Assembly: GCA_043228905.1 (NCBI GenBank)
Contig: JBHGNT010001481.1
Location: forward strand, 1 to 7,725
Direction: 5' to 3'
DNA: 7,725 bases
Origin: Azolla caroliniana
Taxonomy: Eukaryota > Plantae > Polypodiophyta
The position numbers and the translations under genes are program-made. This document shows positions 1-6,029 of the stretch, in pieces. The notes below the pieces were generated by a model. It worked only from the letters and a program-made list of their open reading frames with translations, was not told the DNA's origin and did no database searches. The number at the start of each line of letters is the position of its first letter. The first letter of the stretch is position 1.

Positions 1-3000
1 CACGAAACAGCTCCCCCTACATATGTCATTACATACCCGAATCGGTAAAACCATTAAGTTGAGGTTTACTGGAGCCGAATCAGAGACACATGTTCGAAGT
101 GCCCTTCAAGTACCGGAGTATCCATTTGACCGCGTTCCAGTGCTCCTTGTCGGGATTGCTCATAAACCGGCTCACCACTCCGACTACGTATCCTATATCC
201 GGTCGGGTACACACCATTGCGTACATTAAGCTCCCGACGGTAGAGGCATATGGAACCTTCATCATATCAGCCTTCTCTGCTTTCGTCTTCGGGCTTTGCT
301 TACCGGATAATCTGTAGTTTTCTGGGAGTGTCGATGCGATCGGTTTCGCATCTGACATGTTGAACCGGTGAAGCATCTTTGTCACGTACTTCTCCTGTGA
401 TAGCCACAGTTGCTTCGTTGGCTGGTTCCGGATGATATGCATCCCCAACATCTATCTTGCCGGACCCAAGTCTTTCATTGAGAAGGTCCGGTTGAGAGCC
501 TTCTTCAGCATCCGTATTTTGGCTTGGTCTCGTCCGACAATCAACATGTCGTCCACGTACAGAAGGAGTATCAGGAAGTCGCCTCCTTCGAACTTCTTCA
601 CAAACACGCAGTGATCGGCCTGCGTCTTGTGGTACCCTTGATCGGTCATGAAGGAGTCGAACTTCCGGTACCATTGCCGAGGAGCCTGCTTCAGTCCGTA
701 CAGGCTCTTCTTCAACCGGCATACCAGGTGCTCCTTCCCTTTCTCCACGAATACTCTTCGAGGTCACCGTGAAGAAATGTCGTCTACATGTCCAGCTGCT
801 CTACCTCGAGGTCCATGCTTGCCGCTATACTCAGCATCGTCCGGATGGAGGTCATCTTTACTACCAGGGCAAATATCTCGTCGAAGTCCACGCCCTTCTT
901 CTGTTGGAACCCCTTCACCACGATCCTAGCTTTGTATCTCGGAGGGTTTCCTGCATCTCCCAGTTTCAACTTGTACACCCACTTGTTTCGGAGTGCCCGC
1001 TTTCCTTTTGGCAACTCCACCAATTTGTACGTATGGTTCTCATGCAGGGAATCCATCTCATCCTGCATGGCACTTAACCATTTGCGGCTGTGGGTGTCAT
1101 CCTTCGCTTCTTCGAAGCTTTCTGGCTCCCCCTCATCGATTAACAGCACATGCTCTGCATCCGGAAATCTCTGGGGGGCCCTTCTCTCTCTGAGGAGATA
1201 TCTCCGTCTCTGGGCTTCGGTAACCGGCTCCTCCATTTGCTCTTCATCCGAATCCGATTCGGGGTCGTGGCCGGTTCCGGTTTCAGCTTCCTCTACTTCT
1301 TCTTCTGCCGGTTCGGTATCCTCACCGTAATCGACTGGTTCCTCGAGTGCTAACCGATCTCTTGCCGGTTGGGTCTACTCATCGTAGAATCGATCCTTAC
1401 CGGTCGACTCGGAGTTCATTATCTTCTTCTCCGACTCCCAATCGGCGAGCGTCTTTTCCTCCATGAAGATAATATCTCGACTCCGGAATACCTTCTTGTT
1501 GACCAGGTCCCACACTCGGTAGCCGAACTCATCGTCGTCGTAACCGAGGAATATGCATGGCCGGGTCTTTGGATCTAACTTTCCTCTCCGGTCCTTAGCT
1601 ACATGCACGTACGCGAGACACCCGAACACCTTCAGATGCTGGTAGGACACTTCCTTACCGGTCCATACTCTCTGCAGTGTGTCTCCATCCAAGGGCACTG
1701 AGGGTGATCTGTTTATCACATATGTCGTCGTCGACAGTGCCTCAGCCCAAAACTTCTTGGGTAGTTTTGCATGCGCCAGCACACTCCGGACCCTCTCCAT
1801 TATGGTCCGGTTCATCCTCTCGGCCAGCCCGTTTAGTTCCGGCATCTTCGGCACGGTAAATTTGAGCCGGATTCCCTTCGAGCGACAGTACTCCTCGAAC
1901 TGTCCCCGGTATTCACCTCCGTTATCTGCTCGAACTGCCTTCAGCTTCCGGCCGGTTTCTCTTTCCACTCTCGCGTGGAGCTCTTTGAAGATGGATAGCA
2001 CCTGATCCTTCGTCTTCAAGGTGTGGCCCACAGCTTCCAGCTGTGGTCATCTATGAACGTCACGAAGTACTGCGATCCTGCATGTGACTTCGTGTCCACT
2101 TGACACACATCAGTATGCACCAACTCCAGTGGTGCATTACGTCTCATCGGTGGCCTTGGTCGAAAGGAGGTCCGGTTTTGCTTACTGGCCAGACAATCAG
2201 TCCACTTCTCCAAGTGCACGTTCTTCACTGGAATGAGGTTGTCGTCTACAAGCCTCTTCATCCCATTCTCGCTCATGTGACACAGCCTTTTGTGCCACAG
2301 CTCACCGGTAGTGTCGGATGCCACATTCACTTCCTCCAGACATAACCGGGCATTCATCAGGTACAACGTGTTTACCTTCCGGGCCCGAGCCACAATCAGG
2401 CTCCCTTTGCTGAACTTCATTACATTGTTCCGGATGATACTCATGTAGCCTTCATCATCTAGCCGACCGACTGATATTAGGTTCAGACGAACCTCCAGAA
2501 CGTGTCAGACATCCTTCAGCAGCATCTTGCATCCGGTTGGTGTTGCCAGCCACACGTGTCCTATGTTGACAATTTGGCATGTACCTTCATTCCCCATCCG
2601 GACACAGCCGTCATCACCGGCTGAGTAGGATGAGAAGCATTTCCGGTCTGGGGTAAGGTGGAACGATGCTCCGGAGTCGACCACCCAGGTCATCTCATGG
2701 CTGGCAAGGTTTCACTCTCCTCGGTGATGAGCATCAACTCTTCTTCACTTGCCGTGTTTGCCATCGTTCCCTTCCGGTCCGTTCCCCTCCGGTTTTTACC
2801 GTTCCGGTCCGGAGTCCGCTTCGAATCGGTACCGTCGGTTTCCTTGTCTTTCCGGAAATGCCGACAGTTCTTCTGGAAGTGTCCCGGCTTGCCGCAATAG
2901 AAGCAAGTAGGCCTACCCCTTGACTTTGACCGTGTCCCCGACTTTTCCCGGTTCTGGGGACTACGGTTTCTTTGTCTTCTGCGTTCCGATTCGGTAAGGA

Positions 3001-3572
3001 GCGCTTTGGAGTCGGAGCTCGTATCCTTATCTTTCTGACGCGCCTCGTCATCTAGCAAGCTCGACTTCACTCTTGTTAGGGATAACCGTTTCCCTTCCGG
3101 CCCGGCGTTGCCCAAAGTGACAACCAACGTCTCCCAGCTATCCGGGAGGGAACCGAGTAGCAGTAGCGCTAGTACCTCATCGGCGAGAGGTACTTCCAAT
3201 GATGTTGCCTGGTGGATCAGCCCCTGGAAGGCATTCTTGGTACCGGAGTTTTACTAGCTTCTGGAATACCGAAACCTGATTAACAACATTTTTGTTTTGA
3301 AACATAATGCCGATCTTCTCCCAGAGCTCATGAGCCTTGCTCTCTTCATTGAAGTTGTTGTATAGGCTCATGTCGATGAAGCACCGTATGTACGTCGTTG
3401 TCTTCGTGTGCATCACCTCCCATATCGTGGCGTCGATTTTGTCCGGTCTCTTATCCCCAAGCTGAACCGGCAACCAAAGATCTTTAACCACGAGCATGTC
3501 CCTCATCTTCGACTTCCACACCGAATAGTTGGAGCCGGTGAGCTTGAACATGCCTCCCAATGAGTCGTCCAT
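1..3572 (-). pseudogene. Disrupted gag-pol polyprotein of element A
   Basis: Track ORFs 3177..3572, 2690..3199, 2505..2693, 2016..2444, 1375..2031, 784..1236, 452..748 and 80..451 are consecutive pieces of one copia polyprotein. Motifs: CFYCGKPGHFQKNC 2864-2905; WVVDSGASFH 2658-2687; WHKRLCH from 2297; LELVHTDVC, ADNGGEY and NGLAERMNRT (D,D,E); GKLDPK..CIFLGY; SLYGLKQAPRQWY; YVDD 548-559; GFTDS and MTYVGGAVSW at 1-52. In-frame stops at 2505, 1375, 784, 452 and 80; frameshifts near 3236, 2712, 2024, 752 and 37. Confidence 0.95.
2765..2794 (-). repeat. 15-bp tandem duplication in the gag-protease linker of element A
   Basis: Plus-strand CGTTCCCTTCCGGTC (2765-2779) and CGTTCCCCTCCGGTT (2780-2794), 13/15 identical, in frame (NRRGT/DRKGT). 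Confidence 0.6.
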
Positions 3573-3587
3573 TTTCTGTGTCGCTTT

Positions 3588-3599
3588 GCTCTGATACCA
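3588..3599 (-). other. Primer-binding site (tRNA-iMet) of element A
   Basis: Plus GCTCTGATACCA = minus TGGTATCAGAGC, complementary to the 3' end of plant initiator Met tRNA. It lies 3 nt (AAG) after the LTR-terminal CA and 15 nt before the gag ATG at 3572. Confidence 0.96.
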
Positions 3600-3867
3600 C
3601 TTTGACAGGAACTACACGCTCCCTATGCGCAACGCTCGGCCACAACCGAGCTTAGAATCATACACAGAGAACAGGAATGAATGCATGACACAATGAAGAG
3701 AAGAGTACACAGGATGTTTACATGGAAAACCCAAACTTGGGAAAAACCACGGCAGCCCACAGACCGCAAACTATCACTATGTCAGAATGTACAATAAGAA
3801 AGCACCGAGGCCACGACCTCGAGCTTGCTATCTTCGCCACAGGCGGCGGTTACAACAAAGGCAACAA

Positions 3868-3892
3868 CCTCTTCCTCTCTCTCACTCTCTCT
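3868..3892 (-). repeat. Imperfect GA/CT microsatellite in the R/U5 region of LTR A
   Basis: Plus CCTCTTCCTCTCTCTCACTCTCTCT, about 70-95 nt downstream of the minus-strand TATA box. Confidence 0.6.
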
Positions 3893-3964
3893 GTACACGG
3901 TTGCATGCTCTAATCTTGCGCCAACACGAATGACAACCACTCTTATCATTTTTGCCCTAGGTCA

Positions 3965-3972
3965 TATTTATA
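3965..3972 (-). promoter_or_regulatory. Putative TATA box of LTR A
   Basis: Plus TATTTATA = minus TATAAATA, downstream of the U3 repeats and about 360 nt upstream of the LTR end, in the element's orientation. Confidence 0.7.
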
Positions 3973-4046
3973 CTAATATGACTTTTCGGCTATTTACAAA
4001 TATAGCCCCGATGGCTTCTTAGGAAAACATATTTACGAATATGTCC

Positions 4047-4254
4047 CTTCATCCGGTGAGCACTTCTCACCGGGCGCTTGCCAGGCACTCGTCATCCGGT
4101 TCTCCGTAGCTGGGTACTCCTCATCCGGTTCTCACCGGGTCTTCCGTTGCCGGGTATTCCTCATCCAGTTCTCACCGGGTCTTCACCATCCGGCTCTTGC
4201 CGGGTACTCGTCATCCGGTTCTGGGTAGTTGGGTACTCCTCACTTCCCATCCGG
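4047..4254. repeat. Nested imperfect direct-repeat array in U3 of LTR A
   Basis: Core GGGTACTC(C/G)TCATCCGGTTCT variants at 4084, 4112, 4152, 4202 and a partial copy at 4231. A 47-bp pair at 4077-4123 and 4196-4242 is 42/47 identical; a 33-bp pair at 4112-4144 and 4152-4184 is 31/33 identical. Confidence 0.9.
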
Positions 4255-4721
4255 AGGGACATGTTTCCTAACAATCCTTCAAACAAATCGTGAGCAGTTT
4301 ACAACGCAGTTGAAAACAACGTTAGACAAAAGATGGGTTGCATGGACTATGCAAGCAGCCGAATTGCACACTTACCGGGCGGATTGGGAGAACCGCCGCA
4401 AAGAGGGCAGAGGCTTCTACAAACTCAATGGAGAGCATTGCGACGGTACGAGAGGACCTCGCGCAGGATTATCAAATGCTTGCTAACCAACACTCTAAAG
4501 AACTCATGCACCTGCTAGATGATTTCAGGGAAAGTCAGGAAGACATCTTCCACCAGTTAATGGAGCTCGGTAGCAAGAGCCAAAGGGCGGAGGCAATAAC
4601 AGTACTAGACAACGACTCCGCCGAACAAAATGAGCCCCAACCTAACCCAACTAACGCGCCCAAGGAAATAACTACACCGAGCAACCTCGCGGACGTTATG
4701 AGCGGAGAGGAGCAGCAACCG

Positions 4722-4859
4722 GACACCTACCCATGCCAAGAAGAGCCCTGGTTGGAGCAAAAAGGAAATGTCCCGGAGAGTGTACTTATGGACGCCTATG
4801 CATGCCAGGAAGAACCCACGCCGGAGCCACAAGGAAATGTCCCGGAGAGCGTACCTACG
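4722..4859 (+). repeat. 69-bp (23-aa) tandem repeat, 2 copies, inside the orphan ORF
   Basis: 4722-4790 DTYPCQEEPWLEQKGNVPESVLM vs 4791-4859 DAYACQEEPTPEPQGNVPESVPT; 55/69 nt and 15/23 aa identical. Confidence 0.92.
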
Positions 4860-4880
4860 GAGCCTACCACAACGACGCTG

Positions 4881-5057
4881 CATGAAGAAGTCAATGTGGA
4901 GACCGATGCACCAGCCAAGCCGAATGACGAAGCATGTACGGACATCATGTCACCTTCGGCGCATGGCGAACTGATGGAGCCGCATGACGAGGACAACACG
5001 GAAACCGACGCACCGGCCGAGCATACCAACGAAGCACCTATGGACCTAACGCATCCT
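4881..5057 (+). repeat. 102-bp-period (34-aa) diverged repeat, 2 copies, inside the orphan ORF
   Basis: 4881-4955 HEEVNVETDAPAKPNDEACTDIMSP vs 4983-5057 HDEDNTETDAPAEHTNEAPMDLTHP; 13/25 aa identical. Confidence 0.85.
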
Positions 5058-5089
5058 CTAGGCCATGCCCAATGAACGAAGCAGACTAT

Positions 5090-5392
5090 TGTCGACATTT
5101 TAGGCGACGAATAGGAAGCATGTGGGTTCGATGTGCCATGGCATTGTCCCACAAGCGTGCTAGGTGTTGTCCGCCTGACATAACGCATGGATAATAGAGT
5201 AAATTATATTAGGAGCATTAAAGTAACGCATGTAACGGTTGTACACAGAGAGCGCTACCGATTGTAAGCCCTCTGTATATAAAGGGTAAGAGACCATTGT
5301 AAAGAGTTTATCTTCTTTGATCTTGGTGCCCTGTCCATTAGTTTATTGGTGTCTTGTTTCCGTTTCTCGTCTCTGTACAAGAAGGTGTTACA
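5090..5392 (+). repeat. Candidate LTR-like segment of a third element (start uncertain: 5090 or 5231)
   Basis: TATATAAA at 5276-5283, then a pyrimidine-rich tract, ending GGTGTTACA (5384-5392), a common gypsy-type LTR end. Possible starts are TGTCGACA at 5090 (after a weak purine tract, 5071-5085) or TGTAAC at 5231 (inverted match to GTTACA). No PBS follows and no target-site duplication (TSD) is visible. Confidence 0.35.
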
Positions 5393-5573
5393 GTAAACCC
5401 AAGGTAAGTACATGTTGGGTGCTACACCCCAAGGAGGCTAGGTTGTAGCCGTCTCCTCCTTATGCCCTACCAATCCCACACTACGCATCTCTATTTCCTT
5501 GCACCACGATCACCTTTTAAGCTACCACAAAGGACTCAAGGTGGCACGTGTTCCTAACTGGTAACATTATTAT

Positions 5574-5957
5574 TGTTGAGAGACAAGCTCAACATTGGCC
5601 GGTTCAGCTGAAGAAGCCGAGGACCGGATCGGTTGGGACCGATCGGTTAGGCCGAGTGCGTAAACCGGGAGGTCGTTAGGAAAGATATTCCGTGAGGAAT
5701 ATATTTGGGAGTTAGTTTAGGGGCTCTTGATGAGCATTGAAGTACTGTCAGTACTTCGGTTAGTCCTTCTAGGGCTTGTATAAAAGTGTTCATTGAGCAC
5801 GTCTTATGTACAGACTGAGTATTATTGTTGAATATAGTTTTTTTTCTTCTCTGTCTGTCTCTCCTGCATATACCGTGTAAGCCCAAGCTCTCCATTGAAC
5901 CTGAGTTTCCTTCCTCTGTTCTGTCTTCATACTTGCTTCCGCACGCTACTTTCTACA
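5574..5957 (+). repeat. 5' LTR of element B (~384 bp; left boundary inferred)
   Basis: The right end is fixed by CA at 5956-5957 directly followed by the PBS. The best left end is TGTTGAGAG at 5574 (loose match to TGTAGAAAG, the reverse complement of the right end). Contains TATAAAA at 5779 and a pyrimidine-rich U5. Confidence 0.7.
5779..5785 (+). promoter_or_regulatory. Putative TATA box of LTR B
   Basis: TATAAAA about 170 nt upstream of the LTR end, in element orientation, just downstream of a 9-bp inverted repeat. Confidence 0.65.
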
Positions 5958-5969
5958 TGGTATCAGAGC
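5958..5969 (+). other. Primer-binding site (tRNA-iMet) of element B
   Basis: TGGTATCAGAGC immediately after the LTR-terminal CA, with no spacer. Confidence 0.96.
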
Positions 5970-6029
5970 ACGAGGGTTGAGAACCTCTCTGCAGCCGACA
6001 CAGCTTGACGAAGAAGAACAAGAAGAACG

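Larger units (their letters stand above)
1..4273 (-). mobile_element. Ty1/copia LTR retrotransposon A (Tnt1/Tto1, Tork-like), degenerate, 3' end outside the window
   Basis: On the minus strand the order is LTR (TG...CA), PBS TGGTATCAGAGC, gag with CCHC knuckle, protease DSGAS, integrase, RT (YVDD), start of RNase H. Integrase before RT is diagnostic of copia. The lineage call rests on recalled resemblance to Tnt1/Tto1 (LLLLGSLPDSWETLVVTL, EHVLLIDEGEPESFEEA, VPYASTVGSLMYAMVCTRPDI) and was not searched. Confidence 0.96.
3603..4273 (-). repeat. 5' LTR of element A (671 bp)
   Basis: Minus strand begins TGTTAGGAAAC (4273) and ends GTTCCTGTCA (3603): TG...CA with an imperfect terminal inverted repeat (TGTTAGGAA vs TGACAGGAA, 7/9). 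It abuts the PBS and contains a repeat-rich U3 and TATAAATA. The partner LTR is outside the window, so the 4273 boundary is inferred. Confidence 0.85.
4274..5075 (+). pseudogene. Orphan ORF, probably 5'-truncated by element A and carrying one frameshift: helical N-part plus acidic Pro/Thr-rich repeat tail, unknown function
   Basis: Track ORF 4338..5075 (245 aa; first ATG 4428). An overlapping open frame runs from the LTR A junction (4274, ILQTNREQFTTQLKTTLDKRWVAWTMQAAELHTYRADWENRRK) and would join it through a 1-nt shift at about 4395-4428. Internal repeats keep frame and differ at synonymous sites. No recognisable domain. Confidence 0.55.

Noticed and set aside
300-767. 155-aa minus-strand ORF, and 2734..3051
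   Set aside because: Alternative frames overlapping the true RT and gag frames, with no motifs of their own.
788-1330. 180-aa plus-strand ORF, and other plus-strand ORFs across 23..2923
   Set aside because: Antisense shadows of the element A polyprotein; the Ser-rich content mirrors Glu/Arg codons on the coding strand and no domain is recognisable.
2690-2720. Possible programmed gag-pol frameshift in element A near 2712
   Set aside because: Copia elements normally encode gag-pol in one frame, there is no X XXY YYZ slippery site, and the element has several other indels, so decay is the simpler explanation.
4077-4242. CRISPR-like appearance of the U3 repeats
   Set aside because: The repeats are degenerate and unevenly spaced, the intervening sequences are themselves repeated, the context is a eukaryotic LTR and there are no cas genes.
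3722-4293. Short ORFs 3722..3913, 3825..4022 and 4078..4293
   Set aside because: They lie antisense within LTR A; the repetitive peptide of 4078..4293 just reflects the U3 DNA repeats.
4535-5188. Minus-strand ORFs 4535..4726, 4605..4883 and 4796..5188 as the real spacer gene
   Set aside because: They are shorter shadows of the plus-strand ORF, whose frame is longer and accounts for the silent-site pattern in the repeats.
5231-5392. 162-bp solo LTR or MITE bounded by TGTAAC...GTTACA
   Set aside because: The flanks ACGCA and GTAAA are not a target-site duplication; kept only as part of the lower-confidence LTR-like candidate.
5667-5684. GGGAGGTCGTTAGGAAAG as polypurine tract plus alternative LTR B start, resembling the LTR A terminus TGTTAGGAAA
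   Set aside because: It starts with CG rather than TG, a 5' LTR should not follow a polypurine tract, and the match to LTR A is only 9 nt; only the partner LTR can settle it.
5568-5831. 12-bp direct repeat TATTATTGTTGA at 5568-5579 and 5820-5831 as the TSD of an insertion
   Set aside because: It is low-complexity and AT-rich, the enclosed DNA has no terminal inverted repeats and contains B's own TATA box. It does add some uncertainty to the left boundary of LTR B.
5958-5969. tRNA gene at the tRNA-Met-complementary sequences (also 3588..3599)
   Set aside because: Only 12 nt match, with no cloverleaf; the position next to LTR ends identifies them as primer-binding sites.
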